This document shows positions 18,937 through 26,990 of a stretch of 64,000 nt of DNA, one piece after another. The stretch covers positions 16,142 through 80,141 of the forward strand of contig CAMYYD010000002.1 of the NCBI GenBank assembly GCA_947303395.1, written 5' to 3'. The stretch comes from an uncultured Bacteroidales bacterium. GTDB taxonomy: Bacteria > Bacteroidota > Bacteroidia > Bacteroidales > F082. Each line of letters starts with the position of its first letter. The first letter of the stretch is position 1. The notes under the pieces were generated by a model, which did not search any database, was not told where the DNA came from, and was given only the letters and a program-made list of their open reading frames with translations. The position numbers and the translations under genes were made by a program.

Positions 18937-20010
18937 TTAAGCATAAAGTTCTTCAAAAATCTTTCTGAGTTTCGGGCTCTCGCGGAGTTCCTGAAGTGTG
19001 AATTCAGCGTGACCTTTGGTGTAGCCGTTACCCATGATCATGTTGACGTCTGAGCCGATACCTTCAGCGCCCAATGAAGCCTTTGTGAAGCTTGTTGCCA
19101 TTGAGAAGAAGTAAACGATACCGTCGTCCTTTGTGCAGAGGACTGCTGTCATCTCCTGATCCGGAACGTTCACGCAGTTGATTGTCACGTCAGCCATCTT
19201 GCCGTTTGTGAGTTTCTCGACGAGTTCATAAACCTGAACTGGTGTCATACCTGCAGCGCTCTCGACGATGTCGCAGAAGCCGAGATCTTTAATACGCTGT
19301 GTTGACTTAGGGCTGTTGGCAATGCCGATCACCTTACCTGTCACGCCGACGCGTTTCTTTGCCTCGTAAGCGCAAAGCATACCTGATTTACCACCAGCGC
19401 CGAGGATGACGACTGTCTGACCATACTGGCAGAGTTTTGCTGTCTGTGCTGGAGCACCAGCGACGTCCAATGCTGACAATGCGAGTTTTTCTGGCATGTC
19501 GCTCGGAATCTTAGCGTAGATACCGCTTTCGAAGAGGATAGCCTTACCTTTGATGTCAACCTGGTCAACGTCTGGACGGATGGCGATGATTTCATCGATG
19601 CGGAGAGGTGTCAGTGACAAAGAGACCAATGTAGCGATGCGGTCGCCTTCTTTGAGGTCGATCTTGCCTTTCAAAGCGTCACCGATCTTCTCGACTTTAC
19701 CGAGGAGCATACCGCCTGAACCTGTACGACGGTTGCGGTGTTTACCCTGCAACTCAACGTTGAGGAACATTTCTTTCTTCACCTCTTCCATGATCTTTTC
19801 CTCTGATGCGCCAGGACCTGCCTGCTGTTTTGCATAGTTGTGGATATCGGTGAATGATGCTGAGTCGATATTCAAAGTCTGGACGTCAATCAAAATCTCG
19901 TTGTCCCAGATTTCGTCCATGTTGTTGTCGAGTTTGTTAGCTGGTTGTGGAAGAACGCCTTTTGGTTCAATCACGCGGTGTGTACCGTATTTATTACCGT
20001 GTTTCTGCAT
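18937..20010 (-). CDS. kdd: L-erythro-3,5-diaminohexanoate dehydrogenase
   Basis: 357 aa from MQKHGNKYGTHRVIEPKGVLPQP, with a Rossmann motif VVILGAGGKSG. It sits between kce and kamA. The ORF-track start at 20073 adds an unlikely 21-aa extension. Confidence 0.85.
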   Translation of the reverse strand: MQKHGNKYGTHRVIEPKGVLPQPANKLDNNMDEIWDNEILIDVQTLNIDSASFTDIHNYAKQQAGPGASEEKIMEEVKKEMFLNVELQGKHRNRRTGSGGMLLGKVEKIGDALKGKIDLKEGDRIATLVSLSLTPLRIDEIIAIRPDVDQVDIKGKAILFESGIYAKIPSDMPEKLALSALDVAGAPAQTAKLCQYGQTVVILGAGGKSGMLCAYEAKKRVGVTGKVIGIANSPKSTQRIKDLGFCDIVESAAGMTPVQVYELVEKLTNGKMADVTINCVNVPDQEMTAVLCTKDDGIVYFFSMATSFTKASLGAEGIGSDVNMIMGNGYTKGHAEFTLQELRESPKLRKIFEELYA

Positions 20011-20076
20011 TTTATTAAATTTTTTATTGTTAATAATTTCGTTTTTTATCGGACACATTCGATGTGTCCCCACATG

Positions 20077-20910
20077 TTATTTTCTTGGTTTTAATCCGAG
20101 GATTTCTCTTGCTTCATCCGATGTTGCGACTGGTCTGCCTAATTCTTTTGCCAATCTCACGACTTTTTCAACTAATTCGCCGTTTGATTTAGCAAGAACG
20201 CCTTTCGACAGATAGAGGTTGTCTTCGAATCCGACGCGTACGTTGCCGCCCATGGCGATAGCTGCTGCTGCCATTGGGAATGCGTTACGTCCGACGCCTG
20301 TCACTGTCCATGTCGAGCCTGCCGGGATGCCGTTGACGAGCCAGCAGAGGTTTGCCACTGTTGCAGGGGTGCAGCCAGGAACGCCAAGCACGAAGTTGAA
20401 CTGCATCGGTGCGCCCGGGACTTCACCCTTGCGAGCCATGGTCAAGATGGTGTCGAGGTGACCCATCTCGAAGCATTCGTATTCCGGCTTGATGCCACGC
20501 TCGATCATGCGTTTGCCGAAAGCGCGCATCGTTGGCATTGTGTTGTCGAAAATCTCATCGCCGAAGTTGCATGTTCCGCAGTCGAGGGTTGCCATCTCTG
20601 GACGTGGGTTGGTGTCGGTCGACTGGAGACGTTCGTCTGGTGTCATACCGACTGCACCACCTGTCGAAGGAATCAAAATCACGTTAGGGCATACTTTGAG
20701 GATAGCCTCTTCGCACTCCTGGAAACGGCCACGGTCCTGTGTAGGTGTGCCGTCGTCCCAGCGGACGTGCAAGTGCACGATGGCGGCACCGGCGTCGACA
20801 GCCGACTTTGCCTCGCGAACTATCTCCTCAACGGTATAAGGAACATTAGGATTCTGTTCTTTTGTTACTTCTGCGCCGCAGATAGCAGCTGTGATTATCA
20901 GTTTATCCAT
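20077..20910 (-). CDS. kce: 3-keto-5-aminohexanoate cleavage enzyme (BKACE/DUF849 family)
   Basis: 277 aa. MDKLIITAAICGAEVTKEQNPNVPYTVEEIVREAKSAVDAGAAIVHLHVR is the typical BKACE N-terminus. Operon context supports the call. Confidence 0.9.
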   Translation of the reverse strand: MDKLIITAAICGAEVTKEQNPNVPYTVEEIVREAKSAVDAGAAIVHLHVRWDDGTPTQDRGRFQECEEAILKVCPNVILIPSTGGAVGMTPDERLQSTDTNPRPEMATLDCGTCNFGDEIFDNTMPTMRAFGKRMIERGIKPEYECFEMGHLDTILTMARKGEVPGAPMQFNFVLGVPGCTPATVANLCWLVNGIPAGSTWTVTGVGRNAFPMAAAAIAMGGNVRVGFEDNLYLSKGVLAKSNGELVEKVVRLAKELGRPVATSDEAREILGLKPRK

Positions 20911-20912
20911 AA

Positions 20913-21305
20913 TTATTTATTTTTTCTTTGGCAATCTTTTGGTGTAACGCATGTGCCTGAAGCGCGGCAAACCAAGATAGGCTCGTCGAGCTCGTCAGCA
21001 GCCGATGGAGAGATGTCCGGACGGGCTACAGCAACCTTGCGAGCCTCAAACAACATGTGGCGCGATGTGTTGCCTTCGCGGTCGATCCAACCTTCAGCTT
21101 CGATAAAGTCACCTGCATAAACAGGGGCTTTGAATTCAATCATGTCGTATGCGCAGAACAGACCTTCGTCGCCGTCACGCATAATCAAAAGTTCAGTAGC
21201 CACATCACCGAAGAGGTGAACCATGTGAGCGCCGTCAACCAAATTGCCACCGTAGTGAGCATCCTTCGCACTCATGCGAAGTCTAATCTTTGTTCTATAT
21301 TCCAT
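20913..21305 (-). CDS. kal: 3-aminobutyryl-CoA ammonia-lyase (hotdog fold)
   Basis: 130 aa, with the size and position expected for Kal between the CoA-transferase gene and kce. Hotdog-like core [21 protein letters not shown]. Confidence 0.8.
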   Translation of the reverse strand: MEYRTKIRLRMSAKDAHYGGNLVDGAHMVHLFGDVATELLIMRDGDEGLFCAYDMIEFKAPVYAGDFIEAEGWIDREGNTSRHMLFEARKVAVARPDISPSAADELDEPILVCRASGTCVTPKDCQRKNK

Positions 21306-21313
21306 ATTTCAAA

Positions 21314-21970
21314 TTATTTTTCAACGTAAATACCATCTACATAAATACCTGAAGCGTGAACATGTTCAGGAGCGATTTCTCCAACCTTCACGAGTTTTTC
21401 AGCCTCAACAACCACATAGTCGGCTGCTGTAGCCATCAATGGGTTGAAGTTGTTGGTTGTTCCGAGGAACACCATGTTACCGAACTCGTCAACGATGTTG
21501 GCGCGCAAGAAAGCGATGTCAGCCTTGAGAGGTTTCTCGAGGATGTAGTCTTTTCCGTCAACTTTCACGATGTCCTTGCCATCCTGCATGATGGTGCCGA
21601 GACCTGTTGGGGTGAGGACTCCGCCGAGACCTGCGCCGTAGGCTCTGATGCGCTCTGCCAATGTGCCCTGTGGTACGTATTCAACCTCAAGAGTACCGGC
21701 GTTCTTCTGTGCCGCTGTCTCTTTGTTGGTACCGGTGTGCGACACGATAGCTTTCTTCACCTGATGGTTTGCAACGAGTTTACCGTGGGCGATGTTGTCG
21801 TAAGCTGTATCGTTGGCGATGATGGTCAAATCTTTCACACCTTTTTCAACGATTTTGTCGATGATTTGCACTGCGCTTCCCACTCCGAGGAATCCGCCGA
21901 ACATAATTGTCATGCCGTCGTGAACTTTCTCAACGGCCTGCTCCAATGTAATCTGCTTATTCATAGCCAT
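21314..21970 (-). CDS. atoD: 3-oxoacid/acetoacetate CoA-transferase subunit A
   Basis: 218 aa, collinear with E. coli AtoD as I remember it: DGMTIMFGGFLGVG, DLTIIANDTA, VSHTGTN, YVPQGTLAERIRAYGAGLGGVLTPTG. Confidence 0.88.
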   Translation of the reverse strand: MAMNKQITLEQAVEKVHDGMTIMFGGFLGVGSAVQIIDKIVEKGVKDLTIIANDTAYDNIAHGKLVANHQVKKAIVSHTGTNKETAAQKNAGTLEVEYVPQGTLAERIRAYGAGLGGVLTPTGLGTIMQDGKDIVKVDGKDYILEKPLKADIAFLRANIVDEFGNMVFLGTTNNFNPLMATAADYVVVEAEKLVKVGEIAPEHVHASGIYVDGIYVEK

Positions 21971-22016
21971 TTATGTTTGATTTGTTTAATTTTAATTCAA
22001 ATAACCTAATTACAAA

Positions 22017-22035
22017 AAATTTGCGTGCAAATTTA
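22017..22035 (-). promoter_or_regulatory. Candidate promoter (-7 box TAAATTTG, complement of 22028-22035) overlapped by a perfect 8-2-8 inverted repeat; likely operator and promoter of the lysine operon
   Basis: The plus strand reads AAATTTGC GT GCAAATTT at 22017-22034. The reverse complement of 22028-22035 is TAAATTTG, 58 nt upstream of the atoD-like ATG. Confidence 0.4.
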
Positions 22036-22133
22036 CGGATTATTTTCGAAACTTGCAAGACATAATTAATAAATATTTTATAAGTAAAAATACTTTAAAA
22101 AGAATGCAGGGATATGAAAAAACGCAAGTCCTT

Positions 22134-22973
22134 CTACACCCTAAAATCCAGCGATTTTACAATATCTCCCGCTATCATCGACTCCATGCCGAGCTTTTCA
22201 GCGGCTTTATCCCCTGCTCTGCCGTGCATGAAAACGCCAATGATTGCTGACTCTTCAGGAGTGTAACGCTGCGCGAGAAGCGACAGGATGATTCCAGTCA
22301 GAACATCACCACTACCGGCTGTCGCCATTCCCGGATTGCCTGTCGTATTGACAAAACAACGTCCATCATGTAGCATGGTTGTAGTGCCAGCTCCTTTCAA
22401 AACGATGATAATCTTGTATTTTTGAGCCATATCACGCTGAAGTTCAATGCGTTGCTGCTTATCTTTGCATTCTCCGAACAATCGATCAAACTCTTTAACA
22501 TGTGGCGTCAGAATTGTGTTTTCTGGCAAAATCGATAGCAATTCTTTGTTTTCTGATATGATATTCAAAGCATCGGCATCCAAAACCATCGGCACCTTAA
22601 CCTCGCGAATCAGCTGTTTCAAAGCGTTAACAGTTTCAGCTGCTTTTCCTAACCCAGGACCTACTCCGATTGCGTTATACGGCTGTAAATCAGGGACTTG
22701 CGAGAAGTAATTATCTGATTTATCCGGACTTATCATGGCCTCTGGCAAATATACTTGCAACGGCAGCATTGCCTGTTTTGGCAAATGTGTGGTCAGCAAA
22801 CCGACTCCCGAGCGCAAACACGCCTTCGACGCCAGCAACGCAGCTCCGGTTTTACCAGTCGAGCCTGCGATAAGCAATGCATGACCGTAAGTGCCTTTGT
22901 GCGAATCCGCCTCACGTTTGTGCAACAATGGCTTTACATATTTTATATCAACTGTCGTAGCTTGAATATTCAT
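22134..22973 (-). CDS. nnrD: ADP-dependent NAD(P)H-hydrate dehydratase (YjeF C-terminal type)
   Basis: 279 aa from MNIQATTVDIKY, with HKGTYGHALLIAGSTGKTGAA and AGSGDVLTGII. The ORF-track start at 23144 runs through the divergent promoter region and overlaps rlmD, so I use the internal ATG. Confidence 0.88.
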   Translation of the reverse strand: MNIQATTVDIKYVKPLLHKREADSHKGTYGHALLIAGSTGKTGAALLASKACLRSGVGLLTTHLPKQAMLPLQVYLPEAMISPDKSDNYFSQVPDLQPYNAIGVGPGLGKAAETVNALKQLIREVKVPMVLDADALNIISENKELLSILPENTILTPHVKEFDRLFGECKDKQQRIELQRDMAQKYKIIIVLKGAGTTTMLHDGRCFVNTTGNPGMATAGSGDVLTGIILSLLAQRYTPEESAIIGVFMHGRAGDKAAEKLGMESMIAGDIVKSLDFRV

Positions 22974-22987
22974 AATTTTATTTTTTG

Positions 22988-23012
22988 CAAAGATAATATT
23001 TTTGTAATTTTG
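22988..23012. promoter_or_regulatory. Back-to-back -7 boxes for divergent nnrD (complement of 22988-22995, TATCTTTG) and rlmD (22997-23004 TATTTTTG and 23005-23012 TAATTTTG)
   Basis: Exact TAnnTTTG matches on both strands inside a 43-nt divergent spacer. Confidence 0.5.
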
Positions 23013-23016
23013 CGGC

Positions 23017-24444
23017 ATGAAAAAAATTAAGCAGCCACAGTTTATTGAAGACGTCGAGATCATCGACGCGGGAGCGGAAGGCATGAGCATTGCCAAACCG
23101 AAAGAGAAAGTGGTGTTCATCCCATTCGGAGCACCAGGAGACATCGTTGATATTCAAGTGTTTAAGAAGAAATCGAATTGCTTCGACGGCAAGATTATCA
23201 ACATAAAAAAGGAATCTGACAAACGCATAAAGCCTGTTTGCCAGCATTTCGGTCTCTGTGGCGGATGCAAGTGGCAACATCTTGATTATCAATGGCAACT
23301 GTATTACAAACAGAAGCAGATAAAAGATAATTTCGATCGCATCGGCAAGATTGAATATCCCGAAATGATGCCGATTTTGGGCTGCGAGAAACAGTTTTAC
23401 TATCGCAACAAGCTAGAATACAGCTTCTCGAACCGCAAATGGCTCACCGACGGCGCTCCTGCAGGCACTTACGGCGAAAAGGATTGCAAAGGTTTCGGTT
23501 ACCATCTGCCGGGCTTGTTCGACCGCGTGATCGACATTGAGAAATGTTATCTGCAAGCCGATCCATCGAACGATATCCGCTTGTTTATCAAGGACTTCAC
23601 AATGAATCACAAGCTCTCTTATCATAACGTGAGAGCTCATCAGGGCACAATGCGTAACGTCATAATCCGCTGTAACGGAAAAGGCGAATTCATGGTCATC
23701 ATAGTCATCAACGAGGAAAACGAAATCGTCCGCAACGAGCTGATCCCTGCCCTTTCGATGAATTTCCCGCAGATAATCTCGATAATGCTGGTCATAAATT
23801 CTAAGTTCAACGACACTATCTCCGATTTGCCGTTCGAATGTCTGAAAGGCGAGCCTTATCTGGTGGAAACGATGAAATCGCCTCGTCCGGGTTTTGATGA
23901 TTTGAAGTTCCGTGTTGGTCCTGTATCGTTCTTCCAAACGAATGTGTATCAGGCGGAAAGACTCTACAAAGCGGCTTTCGACCTCGCCAATGTGCAGGGC
24001 GACGAGCTGATGTACGACCTCTACACCGGAACTGGCACAATCGCCTTGTATTTCTCGCGTTTCGTGAAGAAAGTTGTTGGTATTGAATATGTTGAAGAGG
24101 CTATCGTGGATGCTAAAATCAACGAACAGTTTAACAATATCTCTAACGCCGAATTCTTTGCAGGCGACATGGCCAAGGTGCTCACCGACGAGTTCATAGC
24201 CGAACACGGCAAACCTGATTTCATCGTCACCGACCCACCTCGTGCCGGAATGGCCGATAAAGTCATCGAGCAGCTGAAGAAGATTCAAGCTAAAAAGATT
24301 GTTTACGTGAGCTGTAATCCAGCCACGCAAGCTCGTGATTTACAATTACTTGATGATTTGTATGCTGTTAAAGCTGTGCAGCCTGTCGATATGTTCCCGC
24401 ACACTCAGCACGTCGAAAACGTGGTGCTGTTAGAGTTGAGATAA
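23017..24444 (+). CDS. rlmD: 23S rRNA (uracil-C5)-methyltransferase RlmD/RumA family
   Basis: 475 aa with an N-terminal TRAM-like domain, the Fe-S cysteine cluster CQHFGLCGGCKWQH, the SAM-binding segment DLYTGTGTIAL, and the catalytic region YVSCNPATQARD. Confidence 0.92.
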   Translation: MKKIKQPQFIEDVEIIDAGAEGMSIAKPKEKVVFIPFGAPGDIVDIQVFKKKSNCFDGKIINIKKESDKRIKPVCQHFGLCGGCKWQHLDYQWQLYYKQKQIKDNFDRIGKIEYPEMMPILGCEKQFYYRNKLEYSFSNRKWLTDGAPAGTYGEKDCKGFGYHLPGLFDRVIDIEKCYLQADPSNDIRLFIKDFTMNHKLSYHNVRAHQGTMRNVIIRCNGKGEFMVIIVINEENEIVRNELIPALSMNFPQIISIMLVINSKFNDTISDLPFECLKGEPYLVETMKSPRPGFDDLKFRVGPVSFFQTNVYQAERLYKAAFDLANVQGDELMYDLYTGTGTIALYFSRFVKKVVGIEYVEEAIVDAKINEQFNNISNAEFFAGDMAKVLTDEFIAEHGKPDFIVTDPPRAGMADKVIEQLKKIQAKKIVYVSCNPATQARDLQLLDDLYAVKAVQPVDMFPHTQHVENVVLLELR

Positions 24445-24942
24445 ATAATTCATCACCTCTTCGATATCAAAGTTCTCGCCTTTTACAATCAAATCGGCCT
24501 GCTCATATATCGGCAGTCGCGAATTGTAGTGATTTTCAACGTATTGGCGGAGTTCATCCTCTGATTTTCCATACACCAGCGGACGTTTGCGTTTCGCGTT
24601 CATGATCCTGTGAAACGATGTCATCGGACTGATTTTCACAAATATAGTGGTGCCGTTTTCCTTCATCCACTGCATGTTATCAAAAAAACAAGGCGTTCCG
24701 CCGCCAGTGGAAACTACCACTTTGTGCATCTCGCCTGTCTTTTTCAAAATCTCCGATTCAAATTTCCGGAAATATTCCTCACCGTATTTTTCGAAGAAAT
24801 CCTGAACGCAGATATGATATTTCTCCTCGAACATATCATCGGTGTCGAATGGCTCATAACCCAGTCTGGCCGCCAGCTTCCGCGAAATCGACGACTTCCC
24901 GGAACACATATAACCGATAATGTATATCCTATCTGGTAACAT
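24430..24942 (-). CDS. aroK: Shikimate kinase
   Basis: 170 aa with P-loop IGYMCSGKSS, DTDD and STGGG motifs. Confidence 0.9.
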   Translation of the reverse strand: MLPDRIYIIGYMCSGKSSISRKLAARLGYEPFDTDDMFEEKYHICVQDFFEKYGEEYFRKFESEILKKTGEMHKVVVSTGGGTPCFFDNMQWMKENGTTIFVKISPMTSFHRIMNAKRKRPLVYGKSEDELRQYVENHYNSRLPIYEQADLIVKGENFDIEEVMNYLSQL

Positions 24943-24952
24943 ATTTTATTCC

Positions 24953-25009
24953 TCACAGATTTCACAGATAATCACAGATTTTATCTATTTAAATCAGTGT
25001 AATCTGTGA
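24953..25009. repeat. Three direct TCACAGAT repeats plus one inverted copy in the yidC-aroK spacer
   Basis: TCACAGAT at 24953-24960, 24962-24969 and 24972-24979 (9-10 bp spacing). The inverted copy ATCTGTGA is at 25002-25009. The extended complement is CTCACAGATT / AATCTGTGAG. Confidence 0.85.
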
Positions 25010-25017
25010 GAGTTTAT

Positions 25018-26946
25018 TTATCTTTTTCTCTGTGCTTGTTGTTGTTTCTGCAGTTCTTCAAGTCGCTTCTGGAATCCCGATTTCTTCACAGGTCTCTGCT
25101 TTGCGAGTTCGATTTTCTTGCGCAGCTTCTCATCATCCATAAACACTCTGAACAAGTACATCTGCAGGAATGTGATGATATTCACCAGCATGTAGTAATA
25201 GCTCAAACCTGCGGAATAGCTGTTGAAGAGACCAAGGAACATGATCGGCATGATGTACATCATCACCTTCATTCCCTTCATACCTTGCTGGTTGGTTGCA
25301 GCCATCTGCTTATTATTGATATAGGTATAGAGAATGGTTGTTACAGTCATCAACAAGGTGAATAAACTGACGTGGTCGCCGTAGAACGGGATGTTGAAAC
25401 CAAGGTCGAGGATGCTGTCATAAGTCGAGAGGTCGTCGGCCCAGAGGAACGGCTGCTGACGAAGCTCGATACTCGACGGGAAGAAACGGAAGATAGCCCA
25501 CAAAATAGGGAGCTGCAGCAACATCGGCAAGCATCCGGCTGTCGGACTGGCACCTGCTTTCTTGTAGAGGTCCATGATGGCCTGCTGTTTCTTCATGTTG
25601 TCCTTCTCGTCAGGATATTTCGCGTTGATTTCGTCGATTTCAGGCTTCAAAACACGCATCTTGGCTGTCGACTGGTATGACTTGAATGCGAACGGCATCA
25701 AAGCTATCTTGATTATGATTGTAAGTACAAGAATCACAATACCATAGTTCCATCCGTAGCTTCCAAGCCAGTTGAAAACATTGACAACAATATATCTGTT
25801 TATCCAGCCTACAAACTTACCTCCTAACGGGATCTGTTTGTCGAGGTCGAGATCATATTTATCCATGATTTTCAGACTGTTAGGTCCGAAGTAGAACTGC
25901 ATCGGCATATCGTTTGTTGCGCTTAAACCATCGAACGGAACGTCGACAGTGGCATACATGGTCTTGAGGTAACGCGGATTCTGCTGTCTGATGTCGGTCT
26001 TCATTCCGATGACAGCCGAGTTGAAACTCTCTTTCGAAATCAAAGCATAGCTGAAGAAACGCTGCTTGAACGACAACCATTTGAGGTTCGCGCGGAGGTC
26101 TTTCTCACCGTCTTTCTCGCCGCCTCTGTCACCGCTAAGTGATTCAACATCATCGCTTAAGAACTTATAATAAACGTTCGAGCCATTGTAACGGTCAACA
26201 GCTTTTTCCTGTTTCAAAATGTCGGCATACCAGTCAATTGTAACGAAATTGGTGTTCGACGCTATCACATTTTTCATGTTGACAGTCTTCACATCGAAAT
26301 CGACCATGTACTCGTCTTTCGTGACGGTATATCTAAACTCAATATATTCATCCGGATTCAGCTGGTCGCCCAAATCATCAGCAAAAGCTCTGAAACTCAA
26401 CACCAATGGTTTCTCGCCAACTACTAATTTTTCTTCTCCATCATACGGATAATTATTTAAATATGGAGTAAAATATAAATCAATAGTATTGATATTTCTG
26501 TTTGAAGCGAAGAACGAAAGATTGAACTTGGTTGTCTTCTCGTCAAAGCCAATAAGTGGAAGCGAATCCCATGTTTTGTAATCTTTCAGCTCCACTGTTT
26601 TCACGAAAGCGCCTTTCGATGTGAAAGTCATCTTCATCACATCGTTCTCGACTGTAAAGATCTTCTCCTCTCCTGTTGCTGTAGTTGTGAAAACGCCATA
26701 TTTATCACGCATCACAGCGTCTGTCACTTCAGCATTTTCCTGTTGATAAACAAGCTGTTCCGACTGTTTCTGAGCCTCAACAAAACGGATTGAATCCTGA
26801 ATATAGCGCTCTCTGTTTGCACGATAAATCGAATCCTGATATTCTCTTTGTCTGGCTATTTGCTCTTTCGACGGAGTCATCCAAATCGACCATCCGACTA
26901 AAATTCCAATAATAAGGATAATTCCAATAATTGAGTTTTTATTCAT
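25018..26946 (-). CDS. yidC: Membrane protein insertase YidC (long Bacteroidota form)
   Basis: 642 aa: N-terminal TM, a large periplasmic domain, and the C-terminal 60-kDa insertase core (CLPMLLQLPILWAIFRFF). Confidence 0.93.
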   Translation of the reverse strand: MNKNSIIGIILIIGILVGWSIWMTPSKEQIARQREYQDSIYRANRERYIQDSIRFVEAQKQSEQLVYQQENAEVTDAVMRDKYGVFTTTATGEEKIFTVENDVMKMTFTSKGAFVKTVELKDYKTWDSLPLIGFDEKTTKFNLSFFASNRNINTIDLYFTPYLNNYPYDGEEKLVVGEKPLVLSFRAFADDLGDQLNPDEYIEFRYTVTKDEYMVDFDVKTVNMKNVIASNTNFVTIDWYADILKQEKAVDRYNGSNVYYKFLSDDVESLSGDRGGEKDGEKDLRANLKWLSFKQRFFSYALISKESFNSAVIGMKTDIRQQNPRYLKTMYATVDVPFDGLSATNDMPMQFYFGPNSLKIMDKYDLDLDKQIPLGGKFVGWINRYIVVNVFNWLGSYGWNYGIVILVLTIIIKIALMPFAFKSYQSTAKMRVLKPEIDEINAKYPDEKDNMKKQQAIMDLYKKAGASPTAGCLPMLLQLPILWAIFRFFPSSIELRQQPFLWADDLSTYDSILDLGFNIPFYGDHVSLFTLLMTVTTILYTYINNKQMAATNQQGMKGMKVMMYIMPIMFLGLFNSYSAGLSYYYMLVNIITFLQMYLFRVFMDDEKLRKKIELAKQRPVKKSGFQKRLEELQKQQQAQRKR

Positions 26947-26975
26947 ATAAATAGATTTTCCTAAAAATTAAGGTG

Positions 26976-26983
26976 CAAAAATA
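26976..26983 (-). promoter_or_regulatory. -7 box TATTTTTG upstream of yidC
   Basis: The reverse complement of CAAAAATA is a TAnnTTTG match 30 nt upstream of the ATG at 26946. Confidence 0.4.
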
Positions 26984-26990
26984 CTAATTT

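Noticed and set aside
21971-22133. Lysine riboswitch (L-box) or other riboswitch upstream of the lysine fermentation operon.
   Set aside because: The 163-nt region is very AT-rich. I could not find the multi-helix, GC-supported junction of an L-box, only the short DNA palindrome reported separately. A covariance-model scan (Rfam RF00168) would settle it.
22974-23144. N-terminally extended ORF-track calls: nnrD from 23144; also the htrA-like gene from 29047, GNAT from 29691, the LTA-synthase-family gene from 50320, kdd from 20073, and the TTG/GTG starts at 63103, 50366 and 46695.
   Set aside because: The extensions run through promoter motifs or neighbouring genes and have non-protein-like sequence. 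They precede internal ATGs that give canonical signal peptides or conserved N-termini, so I used the internal ATG starts.
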